This document shows positions 39,578 through 49,353 of a stretch of DNA of 64,000 bases, one piece after another (within the stretch, counting starts at the first letter, position 1; the number at the start of each line of letters is the position of its first letter). The translations under genes and the position numbers were made by a program. The stretch comes from Candidatus Bathyarchaeota archaeon (GTDB lineage: Archaea; Thermoproteota; CALKCG01; B24): NCBI GenBank assembly GCA_018396755.1, contig JAGTQM010000004.1, positions 17,099-81,098 on the forward strand. Direction: 5' to 3'. Under the pieces are notes generated by a model that was not told the DNA's origin, did no database searches, and saw nothing but the letters and a program-made list of their open reading frames with translations.

Positions 39578-41254
39578 ATGCTTGTTGTTACAGAGAAAGG
39601 CTCAGTAGCTATCGCGATAAGTAAGGCTATTTCGCCGTCTCCTAAGACTTTTGCGTTAAAGGGACATATTCTGGACCTGGATTTCCCAGAGGAATATAAC
39701 AACTGGAGAACAATAGATCCTAAAGAACTGTTTAAAGCTCCAGTTAAATGGGTGGTTCGCGATTTTAAAACATATCGGAATCTTAAGGAAGTTTTGAAGA
39801 ACTTAAACGGTCCTTTAATCCTCGCTACGGATAACGACTATGAAGGTGAACTTATAGCTTACGAAGTCCTTCAATTAGCTAAAAGTGCTCGTAATCAAGT
39901 TAAATATATGCGTATGAGATTTAATTCAACTGCGACTAATGAGCTTAGAGATGCTTGGACAAGACTTGAACCTGACTTAAACTGGGGTTGGGTTTGGAAA
40001 GCATATTTCCGCTCAAAATTTGACCTTGTAACTGGTGCAACGTATACAAGGCTCCTCACGTTGTCTGCACGTAAAAATAGGTATCCTTATAAACTTTTAT
40101 CATGGGGGTCTTGTCAAATACCTACACTGTGGTTCATATATACACGTGAAATGGAAATTAGAAATTTCAAGCCTGAAACATACTACGAATTGAAAGCTAT
40201 TCTAAATGTTAAAGGCGTTGAAGTGGAGGTTTTCTCTAAGCCTATAAAGGATAGGTCTCAAGCTATATCCCTGTACGAAAAGGTTAAAGACGTTAAAGAA
40301 GCTACCGTTTCCTCTTTTGAATCTGAGTTTTTCTCAGAGCATAGACCGCTACCTACTGATACCGATGTGATGCTTCAGGAACTTACTAAAATACTTGGAA
40401 TCAGCGGTGCCAAAATAATGTCTCTTGCAGAAGAACTATATGCTGACGGCTTCATAAGTTATCCTAGAACCCAGACAAATATGTGGATTAGAATGAATCA
40501 TAAATACGTCTTAGATATGCTTTCAAATACCCCCCTTAGCAAATACGTCAGAAGCGGGGTTTTTCAACCTAAGAATGGTAGGAAAAACGATAATGCTCAT
40601 CCTCCAATATATCCTGTAAAACCCTACTTGTATGATGATGCTAAGGGTAAAATTTGGTCATACATAGCTAGAAGATACGTCGCCAATGTAGCTTCTAAAG
40701 ATGCGTTGTTGAAACGTTGGAGATTAGACGTACATCTAAAAGACGTTGCCATGAATAATATGGGAAGATACATAATTGACGATGGCTTCTACGAAGTTTT
40801 TCCCTACTTCAAGCCTAAAGACCTCAGCCAGATACCTGAGGTTAAACCTGGGGAGTTTCTACCGGTTTTAAAAGTTGAGCTTATGGAGAAGAAAACCAAG
40901 CCTCCCTCTAGACTGACGGAATCCGACCTCTTAAAGTTGCTGGAGAAAAATGGAATAGGTACTGATGCGACGAGACACGAATACCCTTCAAAAATAATAG
41001 CTCGAGGATACGCTGGTAAGAAACGTAAAACATTTATCATTACGCAACTGGGTGAAAGGTTGATTCAACTACTGGAGAATGTAAATGGACAGTTGGTAAC
41101 CCCTGAAACTAGACGTTTTGTCGAACAGATTATGGGTGAAGTTGAACTTGGAAAAAGAACGGTAGATGAAGCTTTAAACTATGCCTTAAACGTTTACAGC
41201 GATCTTTATGCGAAGTTGGAGGCCTACATAAGAAGTGCAAAGCTAATCCTCTAA
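39578..41254 (+). CDS. Compact type IA DNA topoisomerase (Topo III-like, no zinc-ribbon tail)
   Basis: Toprim motifs LVVTEKGSVAIAISKAI and ILATDNDYEGELIAY. Active-site Tyr motif GFISYPRTQT. KTKPPSRLTESDLLKLLEKNGIGTDATR helix-hairpin. Only 558 aa. Confidence 0.7.
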   Translation: MLVVTEKGSVAIAISKAISPSPKTFALKGHILDLDFPEEYNNWRTIDPKELFKAPVKWVVRDFKTYRNLKEVLKNLNGPLILATDNDYEGELIAYEVLQLAKSARNQVKYMRMRFNSTATNELRDAWTRLEPDLNWGWVWKAYFRSKFDLVTGATYTRLLTLSARKNRYPYKLLSWGSCQIPTLWFIYTREMEIRNFKPETYYELKAILNVKGVEVEVFSKPIKDRSQAISLYEKVKDVKEATVSSFESEFFSEHRPLPTDTDVMLQELTKILGISGAKIMSLAEELYADGFISYPRTQTNMWIRMNHKYVLDMLSNTPLSKYVRSGVFQPKNGRKNDNAHPPIYPVKPYLYDDAKGKIWSYIARRYVANVASKDALLKRWRLDVHLKDVAMNNMGRYIIDDGFYEVFPYFKPKDLSQIPEVKPGEFLPVLKVELMEKKTKPPSRLTESDLLKLLEKNGIGTDATRHEYPSKIIARGYAGKKRKTFIITQLGERLIQLLENVNGQLVTPETRRFVEQIMGEVELGKRTVDEALNYALNVYSDLYAKLEAYIRSAKLIL

Positions 41255-41384
41255 ATTGTAGATCGTGAATTGCGGGCAAATAAACTTAAAAACTAGGCTT
41301 ATTCAATAGTTTTTCAGTGAAGCTTATACTTCCAAGAACTGTTACACGTTTCAATACATGGTTTAGGTTAAACCTTCCCTATGA

Positions 41385-42746
41385 TCACGGAATTTCATAC
41401 CTACCTTGTATCCCTTTAATGGTGCGTTGTTTAATCCTCTGGAAAACACTTCCAAACGCCTTAGCCAGTCTCTTCGCCTCTTCAGGGAATTCATCTATTA
41501 GATTTCTACTCTCTCTAGGATCATCTTTAATATTATATAATTCATCTGGTTGACCTTCAGGTCGTTGAATTAAAGACCACTCTTCATCTCTTATACATCT
41601 GTCTACACCTTCATAGTATCCAGATATCGCATAACTTCTATGATTGTTTGATTCACCCATTAAAACAGGTAGAAAACTTCTTCCATGTATAGGAAACGTA
41701 TCCCATTTAAAGCCCAGCATTTCTAAAAGTGTTGGTAGTAGGTCTGGAAATTGAATTATAACGTTTGTTTTCCTAGCTTTTTCACCACCTGGCAGTCTAA
41801 CCATAAATGGAATCTTAAGAAGCTCATTGTATAATCTATCTACGCCTTTGAGGAATTTCCCGTGGTCTGCAAGTGGATGTCCGTGATCAGCTGTTAGAAC
41901 GATAACAGAATCGTCATAGTATCCTAAATCCTCAAGCTCTTTAAAGAGGTGGCCAAGCCAATAGTCTACGAATGTTACCTCCCCCGCGTATAGTCCTCTT
42001 ATGTAACGTATTTCTTCGGAGGTTGCCCACTCAGAAGCATAGCCTCCCATTGGAAGTATGAGTCTAGCCCCCTCATAATTATGGTCCGTGTAAATGTCAA
42101 ATTTTGGAGGTGGATCCCAAGGCTCATGCGGGTCGAAACAGTCTATCCAAAGGAAAATCTTATTGTATCTAGCGGCTCTGGATCTTCTAAGCCATTTTAA
42201 AGACTCCATAACAACTTTAGCTGGAAACCAATCTCCCTCTCTTGAAAAGTCTTCGGTATTGGCCAGAAACCTTGCCACCAGGTTCTTCCATGTATCAGTG
42301 TAGTTTTTGTTCACGTAGTCTTCCACTTTCTTCTTAAGAGGCGGTGGAGGAATGTAGGAATCGTACTCTTGACCTCTAATCCACGTGAAACTATGAAAGC
42401 TCTTATGGAAGTTCATATTTGGTCTAGCAAGATGATACGTGTCTGAAATCAAACCACATATGTATCCTTCTCTACTTAAAATATCAGCCAGTGTTATATC
42501 TTCGCTTTCCAACGGGCTCCAAGGCCTGTAAGGTAACGTATAATGTCCAGTCATAAGCTCTGTTCTTACAGGTATTGTCGGTAAACCGCATGGATAAGCG
42601 TTTTCAAAAACTACACATTCATCTGCAAACTTATCTATGTTAGGTGTTTTACAAGTTGGAATGTTTTCGAAAACTGGTTTTCCTCCATTGTAGAAGCTTA
42701 CATGGTCCTGCCTTAAACTATCTACAACTATTACTATGATATTCAA
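41385..42746 (-). CDS. Sulfatase-family (alkaline-phosphatase superfamily) hydrolase with Thr in place of the formylglycine Cys/Ser
   Basis: IVIVVDSLRQDH metal-binding N-terminus. PTIPVRTELMTGHY aligns to CxPSRxxLLTGRY with Thr at the Cys position. No signal peptide. Confidence 0.65.
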   Translation of the reverse strand: MNIIVIVVDSLRQDHVSFYNGGKPVFENIPTCKTPNIDKFADECVVFENAYPCGLPTIPVRTELMTGHYTLPYRPWSPLESEDITLADILSREGYICGLISDTYHLARPNMNFHKSFHSFTWIRGQEYDSYIPPPPLKKKVEDYVNKNYTDTWKNLVARFLANTEDFSREGDWFPAKVVMESLKWLRRSRAARYNKIFLWIDCFDPHEPWDPPPKFDIYTDHNYEGARLILPMGGYASEWATSEEIRYIRGLYAGEVTFVDYWLGHLFKELEDLGYYDDSVIVLTADHGHPLADHGKFLKGVDRLYNELLKIPFMVRLPGGEKARKTNVIIQFPDLLPTLLEMLGFKWDTFPIHGRSFLPVLMGESNNHRSYAISGYYEGVDRCIRDEEWSLIQRPEGQPDELYNIKDDPRESRNLIDEFPEEAKRLAKAFGSVFQRIKQRTIKGIQGRYEIP

Positions 42747-42939
42747 CTGAACACACTCCTTTAAACCCGTTTAACAGCTTCAGCATTTAGTCTTTAAAAG
42801 AATTGCCTTATAGATGGGAATATCTTTAGAAGCTTCAGTGGAAGGAATGTCAAAGCTAAAAGAAGTGGTTTCAAATATGTGATGGTTTTCAACAAATTAA
42901 TACAGCTGTAGGGAAACTCAGGGTAAAAATTGATGAAGA

Positions 42940-44115
42940 TTAAAAAGTTTTAAGACTTAAGGTTTTATATTTTTCAAAGAGGTTTTTCACACCTCTGTCT
43001 TGAACAATCACAACATCTTCCAACCTCATTCCAAACTTATCCGTATAAACTCCGGGCTCAACTGTATGAGTAGTGTTTCTTCTGAGAATATCTCTTGATG
43101 TTGGATGTAAAGTTGGTGCCTCATGTATTCTCAAACCAACTCCATGGCCTAACCTATGCGGAAAAAACTTGGAGAAACCTTTTCTAGCTATAAGACTTCT
43201 AGCAGCTTCATCAACACTAGAGGCTTCTACTCCATCATATTCAAACCTATAGACCTCCTCCTGTGCCTCTAATACTGTATAGTAGATAGCCTCCTGCTCA
43301 CTTGAAGGTTTACCTAAAACCCACGTTCTAGTGATATCCACCCAATATCCATCGGCACATACGTTAAGCTCTAAAAGTATGACGTCGCCTCTTCTAATTC
43401 TTCTATCCGTTGAAATATTAAATGGATACCACGCTTTAGATGTATTCTCACCGGACATTACAAATGCAAAACCTCTAGCTCTTTTAACCTTGTTTTCAAA
43501 CCCAACGCCTTCACTATATACCGTCGCCTCAACGACCGAAGCGAGCGTGCTCTCCTTTACTCCTTCTGAAACATTTTTAAGAAGTTTTTCAATGGCTAAA
43601 GATGCGAGTTTGGCTGAAAGCTTCATCTTTTCGATTTCATATTCTGATTTAACAGATCTGAGTTTTACTATAATTCTAGAAGCGTCAACCAATTCTGCTT
43701 CAAATACTTTATGGAGCATTTTAAAAGTTGGAACACTAGCGTAGTTCACTTCGCCTACGATGCTATTAGTGGCAACTGTTTCGAAGCTAAGCTCGCAACC
43801 GATTTTGACATACTTATGATGTTTAAGCTCTTCTAAAGCTTTAGATATAACCTTGTATGGGTTCCAAACTTCATTTAAACCTTCACCTTCATATGGTCTT
43901 ATATCCTTAACCCACCCATCTTTAGCATATTCCAGCTCAGAAACTGGCACTATTAAAACTGGCTCCCCCTCCAATGGTAGGAATGCTAAAGACCACCCTG
44001 TAATAGGCCAGTAACCCGTCAGGTACAAGACATTTTCAGGATTTCTACATATGAGGAGCTCCAGCCCTTCCTTTTCCATAGCTTGTCTAATGTTTATCAG
44101 TCTAGCCGAACCCAT
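42940..44115 (-). CDS. M24-family metallopeptidase (Xaa-Pro aminopeptidase/prolidase-like)
   Basis: HRLGHGVGLRIHEAP and other pita-bread fold metal ligands. Creatinase-like N-terminal domain. Confidence 0.8.
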   Translation of the reverse strand: MGSARLINIRQAMEKEGLELLICRNPENVLYLTGYWPITGWSLAFLPLEGEPVLIVPVSELEYAKDGWVKDIRPYEGEGLNEVWNPYKVISKALEELKHHKYVKIGCELSFETVATNSIVGEVNYASVPTFKMLHKVFEAELVDASRIIVKLRSVKSEYEIEKMKLSAKLASLAIEKLLKNVSEGVKESTLASVVEATVYSEGVGFENKVKRARGFAFVMSGENTSKAWYPFNISTDRRIRRGDVILLELNVCADGYWVDITRTWVLGKPSSEQEAIYYTVLEAQEEVYRFEYDGVEASSVDEAARSLIARKGFSKFFPHRLGHGVGLRIHEAPTLHPTSRDILRRNTTHTVEPGVYTDKFGMRLEDVVIVQDRGVKNLFEKYKTLSLKTF

Positions 44116-44217
44116 GTTCTAACTTAGAATTCGTTGTACCCTTATATATCGTTTTAAACTAAGTTAATGGTTTCTCGGCTCTAGTTGAGACCATTCAGTA
44201 CGTCTTAAAAAAGAGGC

Positions 44218-45003
44218 TTAATACCCTCTTGCTTCACCAGCGACTTCTCTTCCGAATCTACTTAGAAGCTCTCTAAACCCGGACATTAGAATCTTCATAT
44301 CGCTCATTAGAGCTACGAATCTGAAACCGTCTTTTATCATTTTTTCAGCCATTTCAACGTTAAATGTATGAATACCTGGAACTACGTCGTTTTTCTCACA
44401 AGTCTCCTTAATTTTCCTCAGAGCATTCTTAAACTTGAGATGGTCATATCTAGTAGGTATGCCTAGGTTTACGGATAGATCCATGGGACCCACATAAGCT
44501 ACATCTATTCCATCGACTGAAAGTATCTCCTCCAGGTTTTCAAGAGACTTGGCTGTTTCAATCTGAACTATGACTACGAGTTCTTCCACCTCAAATTTCT
44601 CGTAGTACTTTATAAAGTCCTGCCTGCCGAATCTGATACATCTTCTAGGTCCAACACCCCTAATCCCCCTGGGAGGATATCTTGAGGCTGCTACAGCGGC
44701 TTCGGCCTCGGCTCTACTGTTAACCCATGGTATTAAAACTCCTTGCATACCGACATCTAAAACCCGTTTAACCATGACGAGATCATTCCACGGGACTCTT
44801 GCAAGCGGAGCAATGTTAACTCCTTTTAAAGGCATTGTAAGAATCTCAAGATCTCCAACATCTATGGGTGCGTGTTCCATGTCGAAAACAAACCAATCAA
44901 AAGGCAACTCGGATAAAGCATCTACCACATCTGGATGGTTTATAGTGATCCAAGTTCCAAGAGCTACGCCCCCATCTTTAAGAAGCTTTTTTAAATTACT
45001 CAT
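44218..45003 (-). CDS. HpcH/HpaI-family aldolase (2-keto-3-deoxy-sugar-acid aldolase-like)
   Basis: LGTWITINHPDVVDALSELPFDWFVFDMEHAP matches the HpcH/HpaI N-terminal signature. ATG at 45003. Confidence 0.7.
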   Translation of the reverse strand: MSNLKKLLKDGGVALGTWITINHPDVVDALSELPFDWFVFDMEHAPIDVGDLEILTMPLKGVNIAPLARVPWNDLVMVKRVLDVGMQGVLIPWVNSRAEAEAAVAASRYPPRGIRGVGPRRCIRFGRQDFIKYYEKFEVEELVVIVQIETAKSLENLEEILSVDGIDVAYVGPMDLSVNLGIPTRYDHLKFKNALRKIKETCEKNDVVPGIHTFNVEMAEKMIKDGFRFVALMSDMKILMSGFRELLSRFGREVAGEARGY

Positions 45004-45111
45004 AACGAACACCAACGGTAGAAATACGCTATAGTATAATTTAAGTTAAACGATTTCCCTAGGGGCTTTAGCCTTTTAAATAGCTTTACGTTAATCCTAA
45101 GTGGTGGTCTT

Positions 45112-46203
45112 TTGAAAACCCTCCTCTATAAAGAAGACTGGGAAAGAGTTTCTGAAACCTATGAAGCTTGGTGGGAAGGTGAACTGACCAGACCAATAAT
45201 ACATTTAACGTATATACCGCCCAATATAGACCTTGTCGATTACTCTCTGACCTTAAGTTGGGCTTTTATGAGATATCACCCGGAGAAGGCTTTAGAAGCC
45301 CTCTTCGAATACTTCTCCAAAACAATATTCATGTGTGAAGCTTATCCCAACGTATTCATAAATATAGGACCCGGTGCCTTATCTGCTTTCCTAGGTGCGA
45401 ATGTAAATTTCAACCCCAGTGCGGAAACATCCTGGTTTAAAGGATCGTTTTCTTTAGATGATCTTCTTAATGTTGAATTAAACCCTGAGAATAAGTGGTG
45501 GCGTTATGTGATCGAATGTACTGGGAAGGCTTCAGCCATGTGCAGGGATAAAGCCATAGTCGCCTTTACAGACCTTTTAGACGTACTTACAAGTCTAGTT
45601 CATCTTAGAGGTGGAGCGTCGAAATTGATTAAAGACGTTTTTCTTAACCGCGTCAAACTGATGAAGGTTTTAAACCATCTGCATCAAATCTGGTTTTACT
45701 GTTTCGAAAAAATCTCAGAGCTAATTGATACGAGTACTTATGGTTTTTCAAATTGGGCTGCATTATGGAGTAGGCGTAAATCGTTTATACTTCAATGTGA
45801 CTTTAGCGTATATCTCTCACCCAAAATATTCGACGAATTCATACTTCCCCTAGTAGTTGAGGAGTGTAGATTCTTTGAGAGAAGCTTCTGGCATTTAGAC
45901 GGACCTCTTGAAATCCCCCACCTAGATAAACTCTTAAACATAAGCGAGCTTAACGGTATACAATGGATTCCTGGAGCTGGAAACCCGGATCCAGGTGACA
46001 ACTACTGGATTCCAATGTATAGAAAAATACAGAGAGCTGGGAAGCTCATCCAGCTCCCCGGAATCCCTATATCTAAAATAATTCCAGTCTTAGATCAAAT
46101 ATCGCCTAAAGGTGTTTTCATTCAAACTTCAACTCTGAGCCTCGAAGTTACTGAAAACTTCTGCAGAAAAATGTCTGAGAAATACGGTGTCCGACTTAAG
46201 TGA
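45112..46203 (+). CDS. Hypothetical protein
   Basis: 363 aa. TTG start. No confident motif. Confidence 0.35.
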   Translation: MKTLLYKEDWERVSETYEAWWEGELTRPIIHLTYIPPNIDLVDYSLTLSWAFMRYHPEKALEALFEYFSKTIFMCEAYPNVFINIGPGALSAFLGANVNFNPSAETSWFKGSFSLDDLLNVELNPENKWWRYVIECTGKASAMCRDKAIVAFTDLLDVLTSLVHLRGGASKLIKDVFLNRVKLMKVLNHLHQIWFYCFEKISELIDTSTYGFSNWAALWSRRKSFILQCDFSVYLSPKIFDEFILPLVVEECRFFERSFWHLDGPLEIPHLDKLLNISELNGIQWIPGAGNPDPGDNYWIPMYRKIQRAGKLIQLPGIPISKIIPVLDQISPKGVFIQTSTLSLEVTENFCRKMSEKYGVRLK

Positions 46204-46245
46204 CGGCGGACTATGATCATGAACGGTTCTTAGATCAAACGATAA

Positions 46246-47031
46246 TTAAACTACTAGACTAAGCCAGCTTAATGTCTTGCTTATAACCTCCAGTGTATAT
46301 TCTTTCTTGGAAAACGTGTGATCTCCCCCTTTAATTACGTAGAGCTCATTTTTATCGTTTAAACTTTTAATAATCTCATATCCCTTCTCGGCCTCCTCTA
46401 AAGGTATGAGGAGATCTCGATCTCCATGTATGATCAGCATCGGGATTTTAATCTTGCCCATAACCTTAAAAGGAATCACGTAATCAACCGTATCGAAGAA
46501 GCTTTTCCTCAAATACCAGCCTTCTGAAACTTCAATCGCTTCACCAGAATTGAGCTTTTCCAATTTCTCTTTATCCATATGGGTGAGAAATCTGTCCCGT
46601 AGAGGACCAAGAGCCGCTGAGTAGAATATTGCGAACTTTACACGTTCATCTTTCGACGCCAGTATCGTAGCAACTCTTCCACCCATACTTAAACCTATAA
46701 CGCCAATCCTCCCTTCATCCACATTCTTCTGTCTTATGAGGAAAGTTAAAGCGGCTTCTGCATCATCCAGCTCCCCGGGCAAAGTCATGTCTTCGAATTC
46801 ACCATCGCTATCGCCCGATCCTCTAAAGTCGAAGCGGAAGACTGTGAAACTGGATTTACAGAGGCTTCTTGCCACTTGAACGAAAAGTCTATGGGCCTCT
46901 GTCTTGTTCCCAGTGAAACCGTGGAACATAACTATTCCCGGAGTTTTCTCCTCTGGCTTCAAGTTGTCAGGTATATGGAGAATTCCAACTAATTCTTGGC
47001 TTTTATTTTTAAAAACCACTGGTTTAATCAT
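46246..47031 (-). CDS. Alpha/beta-hydrolase (esterase/dienelactone-hydrolase-like)
   Basis: GLSMGG nucleophile elbow. 261 aa. HGD and DH triad candidates. Confidence 0.7.
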   Translation of the reverse strand: MIKPVVFKNKSQELVGILHIPDNLKPEEKTPGIVMFHGFTGNKTEAHRLFVQVARSLCKSSFTVFRFDFRGSGDSDGEFEDMTLPGELDDAEAALTFLIRQKNVDEGRIGVIGLSMGGRVATILASKDERVKFAIFYSAALGPLRDRFLTHMDKEKLEKLNSGEAIEVSEGWYLRKSFFDTVDYVIPFKVMGKIKIPMLIIHGDRDLLIPLEEAEKGYEIIKSLNDKNELYVIKGGDHTFSKKEYTLEVISKTLSWLSLVV

Positions 47032-47200
47032 TTTAACGCCTCTGACGTTATAAAACCAGGCTATTACAGGTAATAAGCTTTAGTCTTCAGCGAATCTTTC
47101 ACAATAAGGCTACATCGAACACTCTCTATAGCACTTTTTATGTAGACAACTTGAAGATAAGTATAAATGAAAGTAGCATAAGGTATTACTTGGTGGTATA

Positions 47201-47467
47201 GTGGTTAACAAGAAAATAAGCATAAGTCTTCCAGAAGAACTTCTAAAAAGTATAAATGAATTGTCTAGACAGTTAAGTCTGACGCGAAGCGAGCTTATAG
47301 CTAGAATATTAGAGGAGAAACTGGAAATGTTAACAGCTGGAAAAAATCATAAATATCCAACAGTACTCTGGAAGCTAAGTACAACTGGGCTTCTCAAATT
47401 AAGGTCTCCACGTTTTTTAGGTAGGACATTAAAGGGTAAATGGATTGTTGAAGAGGTTGAAACCTGA
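47201..47467 (+). CDS. Ribbon-helix-helix (CopG/Arc-like) DNA-binding protein
   Basis: KKISISLPEELLKSINELSRQLSLTRSELIARILEEKL is an RHH pattern (beta-strand, helix, helix). GTG start with a GGTGG upstream. Its stop overlaps the next start as TGATG. Confidence 0.55.
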   Translation: MVNKKISISLPEELLKSINELSRQLSLTRSELIARILEEKLEMLTAGKNHKYPTVLWKLSTTGLLKLRSPRFLGRTLKGKWIVEEVET

Positions 47468-47898
47468 TGAAGTTAAACTATCCATATATGAGTAACGGAT
47501 ATACTGTTCATGGAGAAAAAATACCAGATATACCCATAGCATACTTGATGATGAAAGCCGGTAGATTTAGAGCTCGTGGACCTGCAATAATCGATACAGG
47601 TTTTGACGGCGGAGTATACCCAAACATGGAGATCATAAGAATATTTGAAGGTTTAGAGCCTAAGGCGAAAGTAAATTTTGAAAATCCACTATTCGGCGTA
47701 TCAGAGTTTGAAGTATATTCTGCTGAAGCATTCCTATATAATGGAATACATCAGATGGCTTTAGGAGATGTAAGAGTGTACATACCTACAGAGCCAGAGC
47801 TCATAACAGGTGATGTCCTCTTAGGGAGAGAAGTCATTCAGAAAATAAAGCAATTAACTTTAAATAACCAGGAGATGATTTCAATAATCGAACTCTAA
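47467..47898 (+). CDS. Clan AA retropepsin-like aspartic protease, DTGF type
   Basis: AIIDTGFDGG active-site motif and C-terminal VLLGREVIQ (retropepsin GRD/N-like flap motif). 143 aa. Translationally coupled to the upstream RHH gene. Confidence 0.55.
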   Translation: MKLNYPYMSNGYTVHGEKIPDIPIAYLMMKAGRFRARGPAIIDTGFDGGVYPNMEIIRIFEGLEPKAKVNFENPLFGVSEFEVYSAEAFLYNGIHQMALGDVRVYIPTEPELITGDVLLGREVIQKIKQLTLNNQEMISIIEL

Positions 47899-47981
47899 CA
47901 TCGAACCTTTTAACCTGCTACGAAGACATTTTCACTTCCAAATAAACGGGTTTTCATGAAATAAAGAGATGTTTTCAATGG

Positions 47982-49286
47982 CTAAGAAAATCCTTTAAGG
48001 TATTTTTCTTCAGCTTTAAACATTTCATCTACCATTGTTCTTATCTCATCTATAGTAAGCATTGCACTAGTCAGTGGATCTACCAGTATTGCGTGAAATA
48101 CCAGCTCTTTACTCTTCTCTAAGACGGCTCTAGTTGCAAGCTCTTGAACATTTATATTCATTCTATTTAAAGCTACACATTGCGGAGGTAGCTTGCCAAC
48201 ATAGCAAGGATGTATCCCAGTTTTATCTACAAGACAAGGAACTTCAACGCAGCAGCCATATGGAAGATTTACAATCAATCCGGTATTCCTAACGTTTCCG
48301 TAGATTAAGCTAGGCATACCCGTTTCCATCGAATATATTATTGTAGAACAGTATTCTGCACTTCTACGTATAGGTATTTTCTCAGGGCTCTCAACCAATT
48401 TTCTAAACGCCTCATCCTCTTTCCCTCTATCCTCCATAAATTGGATGCGCCTTAAACCCCTCCCCAATTTAAACTTCTCCATTACATCTTGTCTTTTTCT
48501 GAAATAGGGCAAGTACTCAGACAGATGGTGGCTTGACTCGCTTGGATAATAGCCTACGGCTTTGAAAACCTCTATTCTAACAAGATCCCTTCCAGCAGAA
48601 CTCTTGTAAAAATCAGGATCCTCGATCTTCTTCCTTAAAATGGGGTAGGCGTCTTTTCCACGCCATTTAAACTCTAGAAACCAACTCATGTGATTTATTC
48701 CAGCTGCACGGTACGATATTTCTGTTGGAGGAACATTTATGTAATTTGCGAGGGTGTACGCGGTACCTTGAACACTATGGCATAATCCTACCACGTTTAC
48801 TTTAGTGGCTTCATATACACTCCAACATATTATAGCCATGGGATTCGTATAATTCATCAGAAGAGCATCGGGACATAATTCCTCCATATCGTAGCATATG
48901 TCTAGTATAGCTGAAGCATTTTTCAAACCGTAGAATACACCTCCAGGTCCAACAGTATCTCCTACAGCCTGATCTACTCCATATTTTAAAGGTATCTCCA
49001 AATCGAGCTTCGTAGCTTCAAGGCCGCCTACTCTAATAGACGTTACAACATAATCCGCCCCCTCTAAAGCCTCTCTACGATCGGTCGTAGCCTCTATCTT
49101 AGTTTTAAAACCCCACTGATCCACGAGTTTTCTCGCGAAAGCTTCTGTGAGACTCAGCCTATCTTTATCTATGTCTACAAGGCTAATGGTGCAATCTCTA
49201 AGCTCGGGATACGACAGTATGTCTGTTATGAGATTTTGACCGAATACATGGCTTCCAGCGCCTATGAGAACGACTTTAAACGTCAT
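47982..49286 (-). CDS. GH4-family glycosidase (NAD+/Mn2+-dependent alpha-glucosidase/alpha-galactosidase-like), intact
   Basis: KVVLIGAGSHVFG Rossmann motif, NYTNPM, GLCHSVQGT (Cys-His metal site), and C-terminal NLPYGCCVEVPC...GKLPP. Confidence 0.8.
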   Translation of the reverse strand: MTFKVVLIGAGSHVFGQNLITDILSYPELRDCTISLVDIDKDRLSLTEAFARKLVDQWGFKTKIEATTDRREALEGADYVVTSIRVGGLEATKLDLEIPLKYGVDQAVGDTVGPGGVFYGLKNASAILDICYDMEELCPDALLMNYTNPMAIICWSVYEATKVNVVGLCHSVQGTAYTLANYINVPPTEISYRAAGINHMSWFLEFKWRGKDAYPILRKKIEDPDFYKSSAGRDLVRIEVFKAVGYYPSESSHHLSEYLPYFRKRQDVMEKFKLGRGLRRIQFMEDRGKEDEAFRKLVESPEKIPIRRSAEYCSTIIYSMETGMPSLIYGNVRNTGLIVNLPYGCCVEVPCLVDKTGIHPCYVGKLPPQCVALNRMNINVQELATRAVLEKSKELVFHAILVDPLTSAMLTIDEIRTMVDEMFKAEEKYLKGFS

Positions 49287-49353
49287 GTCAACCCCTTAAA
49301 TATATGAAGGACTTAGGTATAAATGCTTAGGCTATTGATTATAGTGGTCGGAG

